Shown here piece after piece: positions 42,268 to 55,505 of a DNA stretch of 64,000 nt (position 1 is the first letter of the stretch; every line of letters starts with the position of its first letter). The translations under genes were made by a program, and so were the position numbers. This DNA is from Octopus vulgaris. Lineage: Eukaryota. Where the stretch lies: the NCBI GenBank assembly GCA_951406725.2, contig OX597814.1, positions 79,360,001-79,424,000 of the forward strand, in the 5' to 3' direction. The notes beneath the pieces are model-generated. The model was not told the origin of the DNA. It did not search any database and was given only the letters and a program-made list of their open reading frames with translations.

Positions 42268-42735
42268 AGGTGCAAGTATGGCTGTGTTGTCAGAAGCTTG
42301 CTTCCCAACCACATGGTTCCAGGTTCAGTCCCACTGCGTGGCATCTTGGGCAGTTGTCTTCTACTATAACCTCGGGCCGACCAAAGTCTTGTGAGCGGAT
42401 TGGATTTTGTTGACAAGAACTGAAAGAAATTCGTCGTATATGTTTATGTGTGTGTGTGTGTCTGTATATGTGCGTGCGTGTATGTGTGTGTGAGTGCGTG
42501 CGTGTATGTGCGTGTGTGTGTGTGTATATGTTTGTCTCCACGCTATCGCTAGAAATCGATGCTGACGTGTTTATGTTCCCGTAACTTAGCGATTCACCAA
42601 AAGAGACCGATAGAATAAGTACCAGGCTTAAAGAGGATAAATTCTGGGGTCGATTTGTTCGACTAAACCCCCTTAAGGCGGTACTGCAGCATGGCCGCTC
42701 TCAAATGATTGAAACGAGTAAAAGAATAAAAGAAT
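42268..42735 (+). mobile_element. SINE family A full-length copy
   Basis: Colinear with 19599-20015. Confidence 0.9.
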
Positions 42736-43384
42736 AGCTGGAGATTTCATGTTAACTCGGTCAGCTATCCCACAGAATATACTTAGTGATGATATCAAAC
42801 TTGAATGAAGCCTATAGCTGGAATCGAAAGAAAAAAGTTCATCTTTCTACTAACACGAGATTTTCACAAATAGGGATGTCTCAACTACCCAACTGGTAAA
42901 TGTTTTACTCCAGGTGGAAACAATGGTCAGCCACCTGTTGACGCTGAGAATGTATAAACAAGAAAACAAAAAATTGTTCAAGAAGTACTACTGAAATTTC
43001 ATCATCCAAGCTCTTCACAGAATTATGGAGACTCTGAGCGACTACCCGAGCATGCCGAAAGGACATTTGCAAGCTCCAAAAATGTGTGTAGGTTATTGGT
43101 GCAATCATCATCATTCAACAGATACCAAACTTGTCCATTTGGTACAAATCAGTTTACCTTGTAGTTGACGTTATCGACGCTGCCAGCTATGTAACTAATT
43201 ATCTTAACTCTCTTCAGCTATGACTACAGTATCTGAATTTCTACTGAATAAGAAACCATTAAGGAGAAATGAAGTGGTCCCACTTAGGTTACAGTGTGTT
43301 ACAGATTGGACTTTACACAGCGATATTATAAATGAATTTAAATAGGAGATATTCTGTTTATTCTGCATAATAAAATGCCAGAAA

Positions 43385-43610
43385 GTATTCCATCCACCCA
43401 GCTTCTCCGCCTACTGTTCCTGGGGTTGTGGGTGTAGAGTCCTTAGGCACCTCTTCCATAGGATCCTTTCAGAAGTAACCGCCATTACCCTTTCCGGCTA
43501 GATTCTCAAGCATGACCAAATAAGACTAAGAATATTATCGAACCAGCACGTTTTTGGTTTACCTCTAGGTCTCCTACCGGTTTGCTCGGCTGTCGGCAAG
43601 GAACGGAATT
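43385..43610 (-). mobile_element. RTE-clade LINE 3' remnant
   Basis: KPVG.RPRG..KTCWFDNILSLIWSCLRI matches the RTE C-terminal RPRGRP..RW.D motif. Confidence 0.6.
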
Positions 43611-43704
43611 ATGGAATTATGAAAGTATTAGGTATTGTCAAACTTGGGGATGGTCATATTTTTTCAATTAAGCACACGCACTATATATTTGGTCTTCACT
43701 TCAA

Positions 43705-43774
<70 letters not shown>

Positions 43775-44842
43775 GTTATTATTATTATTATTTTAGTTTC
43801 TTTGTCCACGTGTCCACATGTTTTCTCTTTTTAGGATTATTTATTTTGAAGTATTTTTGTCAATTTCAAAAATATTTCGTTTCTTAAGGTTCCCCTCATA
43901 ATTAAATTTAATTATACCATGAGATCATTTATATTTAAATCAATATAAAGGAAACATTCCTCAATTTATTTCCAACAGCATTCAGTTGAAGCTAGGAGTT
44001 TTATTACGCTGGTCCTACATTAAAATAAAAGTAATTCTTTTTTTTTATGTAAATATTGATATTGTGGTAGCGACTTGAAAAGAAGTGAAGAAGAAATGTG
44101 TCATCAATAATCATGCAAATATTTGAAATGAAGAGTTATTCGATCCATTAACAGTGAGAAATTACCAACGTGTTTATTATATGAAAAGAAAGACTTGCTC
44201 AAATAAATGCACGAAACCTTCAAGAATGATTGATCATTTAAAAAAACAAAGCATCCAGATAAAGCAAAAAAGAATAATGTCGAATTTCAGGATGTAACAA
44301 AAAATCTAAAAATTATTATACAATTAATGAATAGATTATAAGAGAAAATTAATTGCCTAATGTAGAAGATTACAAATTTCTCGACTTACCAGCTGTAAAT
44401 GAATTTATAAATATTGTGACGGTCATTGGTAAAATTAATGTAACATCACTAATTCCTTTCAGAGATAGTTCAATATCGACATGAGTTGAAGAAGTGTAAA
44501 TAGCATTAAAAAGAAAATAAAACAAAACAGCTTTATGATGATGTAGAAAGCTCAGAATTTTCGTCACATTCCGATAAGATTTTATATGAGGAGGACACTT
44601 GGCCTTTGTATATTATTCACTACAAATTGAAGACTTATAAAAGGGTTCCTATTTGAGAAATTTTTCTTAATGATAAATATAGTTCTCTTACAAATATTAC
44701 TGTATGTGTAGGTAATGCAACATTTTCTTTCGCTGATCGCTATGTCCAGCATAGCACATTAAAAGAAAAGTCGTTCTAAATATCTTTACATATTTACTGC
44801 GTTATTTTTCGATAGGACTTAAACTGCAAAACATCTGAGCCA

Positions 44843-46099
44843 TACAGGCAAAAATTGCAAAATTGCTGTAACATTTGAAACTCTCTCATTGTACATTAAT
44901 ATGTTTAGTAATTCAAAAATAGATTAATAACATTCACATTTAATTACAAAACGAATAATTTATTCTATGTAGCTTCCATTGTTTGTAATTATGGCCTCCA
45001 CACGGCCCCGGAACCTCACACAATTCTTCACCACGAAGTCACTGGACATCCTGACCCACTCCTCATTGATGGCAGCCTTCAGAGAGTTGATGTCGGAGTG
45101 GGAGGTTTTGTTGGTGACATGTTCTAAAATGCCCCACACAGCAGAGTCCAGAGAGTTGAGATCCAGGATGGAAGAGGGCCAGAAGCCTGCACGTCAGAAA
45201 GCTGCAAAGTTGGCTTTACAGAAGTTCTGTATCTTCTTGGCAGTACGACTGGGAGCACCATCGTGGGTCCACACATAGATGCCCTCAGAGTAGTTAGCCT
45301 TGAGCCATGACAAGACATGGTACCTCAGCCACTTGTAGTAGGCGTCAGTACACCTTTTCTCGGTGTTTGTAGAAGTAGATGGGTATCTTCCTTCCATAGG
45401 AGGCCATAATACCGAATGTCATGACCTGGGCTGGATGTTTTGTTCTGAAGGTGCCCCTGACGTGAGCTGTTGACTCAGCAATGTACCAGTTGTTTCTGCA
45501 GTTCACAACGGGATGCACTGTGATCTCGTCAGAGAAATTTTTCACAGTGGATCCGTTCTTCTTGAAGTATGTGAGAACCGTTTTGCACTTCTCTAGTCTC
45601 CTAGCCTTTATAGGTTCTGTCAACAGGCGTCTCGATGTCAAGTCATTATTCACAGCTGTTTTGATGGTGTGGGGTCAACTTCAGCTTCCTCCTGGATGTG
45701 GTTGAGCCCGTTGAAATTTTGGACTTGGGGGAATAGAGGAAATTTTGATTCCGCTTCTTGTTGGCCAAATCACTGTCAGACTTCCTCTGAATGTCATTGC
45801 ACATATTCATTCTCTTCTTGACGCTATAAACTGTACGTAAAGATACATCGACTATGCTTGAGGTCCTCTTTGGATCGACTTGTGCACGGACCGAATCACA
45901 TACTCTTTGGCGTTTCTTGCGCAGTCATATTCTCCAATATTTCTGCAAGAAAAAAAAAAGATAAAATAAAAAAGAGAGAGATTATTATTAGCTGACAACG
46001 TATTAATTGTTCTGCATTAGGTTTCATATCATTTGGTGTTGTGGTTGCTGTGAAATATTAGTGTAACTTTTAATGCAAGATTTGCTTGCCCACCCTGTA
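44843..46099 (-). mobile_element. DD37D (maT) Tc1/mariner-superfamily transposon, near full length, inactivated
   Basis: TA-CAGGGTGGGCAAG terminus at 46099. FSDE first Asp; HDGAPSRTAKK...WPSSILDLNSLDSAVW has 37 positions between the last two Asp (one is a stop). The left TIR is decayed. Confidence 0.9.
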
Positions 46100-46489
46100 G
46101 ACTGCATAAAACTTCGCATTACGTGATTTAAACGAGAGAATATGATAAATGCGTTTTCCTATGTTTATGACAAAGATTTTATTCCGAGCTGCTTATATGT
46201 TCTCTCTGATTCTACTAATGAATTTTTTAAGTCGTGTAATAAGAAAACTTAAAAATAAAAAACCAAAAACAAAGCAAGAAGAGAAAAAAGTTAAAAACAA
46301 AACAAAAACAAAGCAAGAAGAGAAAAAAGGTAAAAGAAAACAAAAACAAAAAACTGAGCATTGTGTGTCTACACCTTTTGTCTGCAGCGAAAATACTTCA
46401 CTATGACACCATAACAAACTGCAGTGAATAGTCTTCTTACAGTTCAAATATTTCTCACACATTTCTGAGCTGATGCAAAGGTTGTATAT

Positions 46490-46522
<33 letters not shown>

Positions 46523-46615
46523 CACACACACATACATATAGATAGAAACACATGCATATTTTACTTTGGTTTATATATAAATACATACATACATATATTT
46601 ATATAAATACATACA

Positions 46616-46699
<84 letters not shown>

Positions 46700-46769
46700 A
46701 AAGGGTTTGGCAACGAACTTGGTGTAATTGATAATTATTCCAAATTAATTAATTTCACCCTTCATTATT

Positions 46770-46818
<49 letters not shown>

Positions 46819-46822
<4 letters not shown>

Positions 46823-46930
46823 CTGCTGGCTTAGCCAGCGGGGTTGCATCATTAGAAGGCTAAAACAATGCAAAGTGCATTGTGACCAGTGATGTATAAC
46901 AACATCTGATAGCCTGGTCGGTCACAGTGG
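46819..46930 (+). mobile_element. 3' part of the SINE seen at 63115-63360
   Basis: gaaggctaaaacaatgcaaagtgcattgtgaccagtgatgtataacaacatctgatag matches the reverse complement of 63130-63190. Confidence 0.75.
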
Positions 46931-47048
46931 ATAAGGTTCGTTATTTCAAGAACCGAAACATGTTAAATTGAAATTTATCTAATATAGCGGCATTTTCAAA
47001 CTTCATTTTTTAAAAATATATACCCACTCGTATACGAGCTAATCTTAT

Positions 47049-47177
<129 letters not shown>

Positions 47178-47194
47178 CATATATACATAGATAT

Positions 47195-47583
47195 TTTTTA
47201 TTCTTTTACATGTTTCAGTCATTTCACTGCTACCATGCTGGAGCACCTACTTTAGTCAAGCGAATTGACTGCAGGACTTATTCTTTGTAAGCCTAGTACT
47301 TATTATATCGGACTCTTTTGCCTGATCGCTAAGTTACGGAGACATAAACACAACAACATCGGTTGGCAAGCAGTGGTGGGGAGACAAACGCAGAAACACA
47401 AACATATACATACATGCATACATACATACATTCAGTTTCTATCTACCAAATCCACTCACAAGACTTTAGTCGGGCCGAGACTATAGAAGAAGACACTTGC
47501 CCAAGGTGCCACACAGTGGGACTGAACCCGGAAACATGTGGCTGGGAAGCAAGCTTCTTACCACATAGCCACGCCTGCGCCTA
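47195..47583 (-). mobile_element. SINE family A full-length copy
   Basis: Reverse complement of the 19599 element. Confidence 0.9.
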
Positions 47584-47618
47584 TATGTATTTTACTTTGG
47601 TATGTGTGTGTCTGTAAG

Positions 47619-47619
<1 letters not shown>

Positions 47620-47699
<80 letters not shown>

Positions 47700-47747
47700 G
47701 TATCTATGTATCTATCTATCTATCTATCTACCTACCTATCTACCTAT

Positions 47748-47817
<70 letters not shown>

Positions 47818-47823
47818 GTCTAT

Positions 47824-47901
<78 letters not shown>
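47620..47901. repeat. (TCTA)n microsatellite, ~280 bp
   Basis: Direct reading. Confidence 0.98.
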
Positions 47902-47902
<1 letters not shown>

Positions 47903-48227
47903 CGCACACAAACACACACGCACAATTCATTTATCAAGGAAGAAATAGTTTACAAAAATACTACTGTAAAATGTGATTTTCAATAATTTCTCAGAACGAA
48001 AAAGCTAATTCGTTGCATACTTACAAGTCCAAACATTTATGACGTGGAGATGTGACAGACATGTAAATCTAAGCCAGAATTAGATTAGTACTTTACTTAA
48101 TCGGTGCTGAGAGGATAAAAGATAAAGCTGACCACAGCCAGATTTTAACTCAGAACGTAAAGAGTTTACAAAACAACTAAAGTAATAACAAGGACGTCAG
48201 CAATAGTTGAATGAGACAATCAAGTAA

Positions 48228-48978
48228 CATTAAGAAGTCGCCAAATTGTGCCGAGGTCGGTTTTGTCTTTCATCCTCTTGGAGTCGATAAAATAAGTGCC
48301 AGTTGAACACTTCGGTTAATGTAATCGACTCAGCTGGCTTTGAGCCAAAATTTGAAACCAATATTAAGTAACTGTTCAAAGCGGCGTACCGGCAGAATCG
48401 TTAACACACCGGGCAATATACTCAGCGACCTGTCGTCCGTCCTTATGTTGAAATGCCGTTGAGGTCGACTTTGCTTTAGCCTTTCGGAGTTGTTAATTTA
48501 AGCAGCAGTTGAGCACTGGGATTGATGTATTTGACTTAAACCGTCCCGCGAAATTGCTGGCCTTGTGCTAAAACATGAAACCAATGTTAAGAAGTCACCA
48601 AATTGTGCCCAGGTCTACTTTACCTTTCATCCTTTCCGAGTCAATAAAATAAATATCAGTTGAGTGGTCGATGTAATGGGGTCTATGTAACCGACGTCCT
48701 CCCCCAAATTGCTGACCTTGAGCCAAAATTTGAAATCAATACTTAGAATTTGTGCAAAGCGGTGAGTTGGCAGAATCGTTAGCACACCGGGTAAAATGCT
48801 CAGCAGCATGTCGTCTTTCCTTACGTTCAAATGCCGCCGAGTTCGACTTTGCCTGCCATCCTTTCGGGGTCGATAAAATAAGTACTAGTTAAACACTGTA
48901 GTTGATGTATTCGATTTAACTCGTTTCCTGAAATTTCTGGCCCTGTGCCAGAATTTGAAGCCAATATTAAAGAAGTCG
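48228..48978 (+). mobile_element. Tandemly duplicated dimer of SINE family B (four SINE pieces)
   Basis: Unit boundary ttaagaagtc recurs at ~48231, ~48587 and ~48967, with matching internal junctions. Confidence 0.8.
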
Positions 48979-48984
48979 TTCGAC

Positions 48985-49165
48985 TCGGTAGATTTAGCAG
49001 CCAAATCTTTTCTGAAATCCTATTGTACCGTCTTAAAAAGAAGGAAAGAAATATTTGATGATGTAGTCCTGAGTAACGCTATTATCGAATGAGAGGTGAT
49101 ATGGTCAGAGCTGGAACAGCTTGATCAGAGATGACCTGGGGTTAAATAACAGAAACAACAACAAC
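48985..49165 (+). repeat. Interspersed repeat family D with (CAA)n tail; related copies near 37530-37690, 52800-52990, 58050-58215 and 59350-59540
   Basis: Shared tagcagccaaatct...accgtcttaaaaag...atggtca..gctggaa...tgatca...ctggggttaaa motifs, in either orientation. Confidence 0.6.
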
Positions 49166-49584
49166 AACAAGAACGCAACAATAATAATGGCAGCGCAACA
49201 CCATTACAAAAACAGCAGTAATGATACCAAAGACGCCGTCACCAATAGTTGAAGCTGTAGCAACAACAATAAAAACAGCAGCAAATGTCTCTGGTTTCGA
49301 GATACCGGATCTTTATTTTGGCAGGCAACCAATCAAAATTAATGTCGCAAAGGTGTAAGTAATTGTGTGAAAAAGTAAAGTATGTAAATCACCAGCTGAT
49401 AATTTAAACAGTGTTTGACGTCAGAATATTGCAAATAGAAAGAAACGGAAACACACAAATAAGTAAATTTGCATAAAATTTATACTTCCCTGTGAAGGTT
49501 TTGACTGTACAGTTGGTGGCATAATTGCAGAGGAATCGGGAATGTCTGTTTATGAGAAGGAAAAAATTCCTATTAACATAGATA

Positions 49585-49616
<32 letters not shown>

Positions 49617-49900
49617 AGGGAAGGAAGAAAAGAAATAACCGGGATGGAGAAACGAATAGTTAAACAATAGAAAAATTTTGTTTCCGAATTGAAACTTTTA
49701 TAGGAGGATCAGTTGGGAAAGGAACCTGACCAACGTTTCTACTATAACAGCTAAATAGTACATAAAAATGTTCAACCAGAATATGACATCTCTGAGATTC
49801 AAATATGTCACATATTTCGATATTGTTGCCAGGTACGCCAAATGTCATCGTGACTCAATTAATTCCTCTTCCCACACATATATGTATGCATATATATATG

Positions 49901-49948
<48 letters not shown>

Positions 49949-50094
49949 TGTGTGTATGTGTGTATGTGTACAGAGAGAAAGAGAAAGAAAGAGAGAGAGA
50001 GAGCAAATCAATAGCAAAATACAAAATCAAAAACCTAAAGGAGGTACACAGTTAATATTAGGCTGACACCCAAAGAAGGAAGAAAGTTAGAACT

Positions 50095-50600
50095 AAAAGC
50101 TATAGAGTAAATATATGACGTTTCGGATATTGTCCTTCGTCATATATTCACAAAAACGTCCAGGGAAATAGAGAACTAACGGAGGAAAAGAGATTCCTGG
50201 CAAAAGTGCATGCTGGTAGTTCACATGTTTGATTTCTGGCTGTAGGATATGACTAAGTGGAAGAGGAGTAATGGTGGAATGGAGTATGAGGTGGAGTTTG
50301 CGGATTTTAGTGTAAGGATGTCGATGAGTTGGTGGTTGGGTCGTAGCACGAAGTGGAGAATAGACTGGGCGAAAGGTGAAGTGCAAAGAGAAGAGCGGAG
50401 AGGAAAAGGTACACCTTGAGGAGATGGTGATCCAGAAAGCGGTTCCTGAATAGGGTGGAACGGATGGTAACACGGTTGAGAAGGCGAGAAGTGCCGACGA
50501 GGATAAATTCAGTGTAAATGGAGTGTACGGGGTGGTGTTGAACTTCAGGCTGAAGCCTCAGACGATGACGGATAGTGGAGACAGCGACACAAAAAGGAAA
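50095..50600 (-). mobile_element. Probable Penelope-like remnant ending in a hammerhead-like motif
   Basis: GC-richer decayed coding-like segment (FSTVLPS, IRKLHLI), followed on the minus strand by TGACGAAGGAcaataTCCGAAACGTC at 50141-50116. Confidence 0.45.
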
Positions 50601-50665
50601 TTTAGCTAGTGAAGCGGATTCATTTGAAAAACAATTCAGAGAAGTGTATAGACACATACATACAC

Positions 50666-50747
<82 letters not shown>

Positions 50748-50959
50748 TATAATGCCTTTTGTTCTTCTTTGGTGCAAATTGCTAGTAGAGTGGCCATGCT
50801 TACACTGTAAAGCCAGAAAGAAAGATTGCACGACCAGGCTCAAACACTTCGATCACGTGACCACAATAGTAACAACTATAAGCACACATGCGCAGAAGGA
50901 GTGTGACAATAATAAAGACACCTTATGGCGAAAATGCCGTTAATTTTTGACTTGCCTTC

Positions 50960-51056
<97 letters not shown>

Positions 51057-51194
51057 TAGTTTTAAATTTTGATAACGTTTTTTTCATGATGTAATTGATT
51101 TGTTCACCGATCACAAACGCGTCTGAAACAGCTGTAGTGAACCTTAATCTGTTTGTGTTACACACACACACACACACACATACACACACACATA

Positions 51195-51309
51195 AGCTTT
51201 GGTGGGCCCAAGGCTATAGTAGAAGGTGCCATGCAGCATGTAGCGGAATTGAACCCGGAAACAGGTAGATGAGAAAAAACAAGCTTCTTACGACACTGCC
51301 ACGCCTGCG

Positions 51310-51312
<3 letters not shown>
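51195..51312 (-). mobile_element. SINE family A 5' fragment
   Basis: gaacccggaaac...aagcttctta...ccacgcctgcgcc. Confidence 0.8.
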
Positions 51313-51364
<52 letters not shown>

Positions 51365-51984
51365 TTGTGTTTGTGTAGTGTGTGTGTATATGCGTATGCA
51401 TGTATATATATGTGTATGCATGTCTGTATGTCTGGTTTACAACAACTTGTTGGTATGAACTGTAATTTCCAGTCTTTCATTTGTGTTGGAAGAAATGAAG
51501 AAATGCGTTGAGTGGTTAGTGATGCGAGCGAATTCTTGCGCTGAGATTTTGATTATCGGCTTCGATACCATGATCAAGAACACGCGTTATCGTCTTTTTT
51601 TATATTATATTTTATCTCTTTGACTAAGCTGCAGTTGAGTCAATTATTGAACGAGTCAGAACATTTGACATTTAGAATATTTACGGTCGTTGATAGAGAA
51701 ACTGAAGCCATTCCGCTTGTGGAATGCTAAACCTTTTCTGTAGAATTGTAGTTTCAGATGTGAATGACTATTCTCCTGTCAGGGTGGAAATTATGGATAA
51801 CTTTCAAAAGCACGTGGCTTGTCAGTTTCACCAGAAGGCATTGCCGGTTAATTCGGGACAAATTTTTATAGGCATAGGTTCCATCATCAGTCAAGCTAGA
51901 GCGAGACGCGTGGAATACAAAAAGAAAAATGCTCATTAGTACTGGTAGATTGTTTGACGCATGGAATTACATAGACCAGCTTAG

Positions 51985-52590
51985 GGAGACGAGCTAGCAG
52001 AATCATTATCATACCGGGCGAAATGCTTAGCGGTATTTCGTCTGCCACTACGTTCTGAGTTCAAATTCTGCCGAGGTCGACTTTGCCTTTCATCCTTTCG
52101 GGGTCGATTAAATAAGTACCAGTTACGCACTGGCGTCGATATAATCGACTTAACCCGTTTGTCTGTCCTTGTTTGTCCTGTCTGTGTTTAGCCCCTTGTG
52201 GGTAGTAAAGGAAAAGAAATAGGTATTTTGTCTGCCGCTACGTTCTGGGTTCAAATTCCGCCGCGGTCGACTTTGCCTTTCATCCTTTCGGAGTCGGTTA
52301 AATAAGTACCAGTTACGCACTGGCGTCGATATAATTGACTTAATCCATTTGTCTGTCCTTGTTTGTCCTCTCAGTGTTTAGCCCCTTGTGGGTAGTAAAG
52401 AAATAGGGATTTCGTCTGCCGTTACGTTCTGAGCTCAAATTCTTCCGAGGTCGATTTTGCCGTTCATCCTTTCGAGCTCGATTAAATAAGTATTAGTTAT
52501 GCACTGGGGTCGATAGAATCGACTTAATCCCTTTGTCTGTGCTTGTTTGTCCCCTCTGTGTTTAGCCCCCTGTGGGTAATAAAGAAATAT
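51985..52590 (+). mobile_element. SINE family B with body triplicated in tandem (~185-190-bp unit)
   Basis: One head, then three units gtattt(c/t)gtctgcc...tgtgggta(g/a)taaag at ~52032, ~52222 and ~52407. Confidence 0.92.
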
Positions 52591-53354
52591 ATATAGGACA
52601 GCCGTTTTCACGTGTTGCTATCACGTATAAAAGAGATAGGGCTACCATTCAAGTCCATTATAAAGATTAATCAACCATTTTGTTTTGTCCAGTAGGAACA
52701 GTAAAAAGTTTTGCTGTGAGAAATAGACACAGTTCACAAAACAGATGACGGGGTTTTCCTCTTTGGCTAAGCCCTCGTTTAATTTTTTCAAGTACCACTT
52801 GTTGCTATTTAGTCCCAGGTAGACTTATGATCAAAGGAAATTCCACCCGTATTAATCCCATCTTGATTTCAGGCACTGTGTCTAAAACAGTGCGTTGTCT
52901 TCTTTTTAAGACGTGTGCGTCTTATTTAATGGCGACTCGCAATTTCTAGCCGATCGCACGACTATGCGGAGGCTGCCTTCGTTAGCTTAGTTCAATCAGT
53001 TTTAGGGTACGATACACTTCAAGTATCACTTAAAAAGAAAGGAAGGGCTTGAAGAGGGAAGTCTTACTTTCTAGTGTATTTCCAGAAAGATAGATGATAG
53101 TGGTGAATCAGATGTGAATTGGTGGATGATTACAATTTCATTTTCGTCTTTGGATTAACGTCAAAAAGAAGGTACTTGTATTGGTATTGAAGGGTTATTG
53201 GGTAGTCTTATTGGTACTGTACTACTGATCCTTGTTGAACTATAAATAATATATCTACATATTTTTTCTTTTATATATTTTATTTTATATTATCCCTTAT
53301 CCTTATAAGAAATATAGTTTTTGTTAAAAAAGATTATTATTACTATTAGTATTA

Positions 53355-53759
53355 CTTTTTTTTTCTTCCTTCAAATTTGCTTCCATTTCTTGCCGAGTGT
53401 CTTCCAGACTCCTAGGGCAAAGAAACTCATAGTATACATTGGTAGGCCATTAAACCAAACTCAGTAGTTCGTTCATTTTTTTTTTTTTTAAAGTTAAATT
53501 AAAATACATGAGCAGCAACAGTTCTCACATCGACAATGCTCTTCTCAATACGTGTGATGTACCAGTTAAGACAATCTTTTGCACTTCTTGCAGGAATGGT
53601 AAGCCAGGGATCATTCTCATATAATTTTCGGTTCCCTTCTTGATCATTCCTAGTGCTCCTACGATCACTGGTATTGTAACCACCTTGAGATGCCACATTT
53701 TCTCAATTTCAATGAGTAGGTCTTTATATTTTCTGAGCTTGTCAAACTCTTTCGCTGAG

Positions 53760-53760
<1 letters not shown>
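53355..53760 (-). mobile_element. Dong-like RLE LINE family 2, 3' fragment (copy 1)
   Basis: SAKEFDKLRKYKDLLIEIEKMWHLKVVTIPVIVGALGMI...HVLRRALSM plus 3' UTR ending in decayed (TAA)n. Confidence 0.92.
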
Positions 53761-53829
<69 letters not shown>

Positions 53830-53846
53830 TAATAATAATAATAATA

Positions 53847-53889
<43 letters not shown>

Positions 53890-53890
<1 letters not shown>

Positions 53891-55179
53891 TTTTTTTCTT
53901 CTTTCAAATTTTCTTCCATTTCTTGCCGAGTGTCTTCCCGACTCTAGGGCAAAGAAACTCATAGTGTATATTGGTAGGCCATTAAACCAAACTCAGTAGT
54001 TCGTTCATTTTTTTTTTTTTTTTTTTTTAAAGTTAAATTAAAATACATGAGCAGCAACAGTTCTCACATCGACAATGCTCTTCTCAATACGTGTGATGTA
54101 CCAGTTAAGACAATCTTTTGCACTTCTTGCAGGGATGGTAAGCCAGGGATCATTCTCATATAATTTTCGGTTCCCTTCTTGATCATTCCTAGTGCTCCTA
54201 CGATCACTGGTATTGTAATAGATAATTTTCTCAATTTCAATGAGTAGGTCTTTATATTTTCTGAGCTTGTCAAACTCTTTCTACCCATACCCTGTTCTGT
54301 TTAATTCACTTGTAAGGGGTATTAGGGCTATGCAGAATATTAAAGGTGAAAGTGAGTCACCTTGAAAAATTCCACAGTTGATGTTTATATTTTCTGAGGC
54401 AAGTACTCCATTAGAGTGGTATAATTGGAGATTCGTATTCCACAACGACATATTGTGCTTCAGGAAGTTTGAAATCACAGGGGAAATTTTAAAGATGTCC
54501 AGCGATCTCAAGATCCATGGATGCGGTATACTGTCGAAGGCCTTTTTATAGTCAATCCATGCGGTGCTGAGATTTCTGCGCTTGTTGTGACAGTTCTCAA
54601 GGATCATACGATTGATTAGCAGTTGATCTTTGCATCCGTAAGAGCCTCGGCGGCACCCTTTTTGTTCAATGGGGAAAATATCGTTCTTCTCCATGAATGC
54701 ATATGTTTTCTCCGCCAGGATAGATGTTAGGATTTTATACGTGGTGGATAGACAGGTTATAGGCCGATAGTTTTTTGGAAGGTTGGTTTCGTTATTCTTT
54801 GGGAGTAGGTAAGTAATGCCACTTGCTAACCATTCAGGTGTTTTCTTTGGGTCTCTCAAAATTCCATTAAGCAGCTGAACTAGCTTACCGTGTGCGCACG
54901 GGAGCGATGCGAGCCAGAAATTCGGCACCCTATCTTTACCGGGGGATTTCCAATTATGGGCCTTCGTGAGTGCCTTTCTTAGGTCTGCTATTGTGATGTC
55001 TTCCCATGCTTGTTGTTGTAAATTTTGGTAGGATCCTTCAGTTTGTATAATCCAGTCTGCATTTATGTTGTACGTCTTCTTGTCACTCCAAATCCTTTCC
55101 CAAAAGTTTTGAACTTCTTCCATGGGAGGAGGGTCTTTAACGGTTACTTTCTCCTTCCCTATTTCTCTGTAGAATTTTT
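53890..55179 (-). mobile_element. Dong-like RLE LINE family 2 (copy 2): N-terminal half of RT fused by internal deletion to the 3' end
   Basis: ORF 54281..55123 has WKSPGKD, NYRPITCL, EQKG, WIDYKKAFDSIPH and GIFQGDSLSP. It jumps at ~54281 to KEFDKLRKY. The 3' UTR is near-identical to copy 1. Confidence 0.95.
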
Positions 55180-55221
55180 ATAATAATTTTAATAATAATT
55201 TTAATAATAATTTTAATAATA

Positions 55222-55293
<72 letters not shown>

Positions 55294-55505
55294 TTCAGTA
55301 GTTTTATTTTTTATATCGTGCTTTCACTTCACTACCGAGCGCAGCTCTGTGTGCCTTAGGTATGTGCTTTGATTTGTTGTGATGCTCTGATGGTTATTGT
55401 ATGGAAAGGGTTCTGCGTAGGATGTGTGCAGTGCCTAGTAGTGCAATTTTCTGTATGTTATATGTGTTTGTAAGTCCTGGTGTTTTTGTTATGTATTTGT
55501 CTGAA

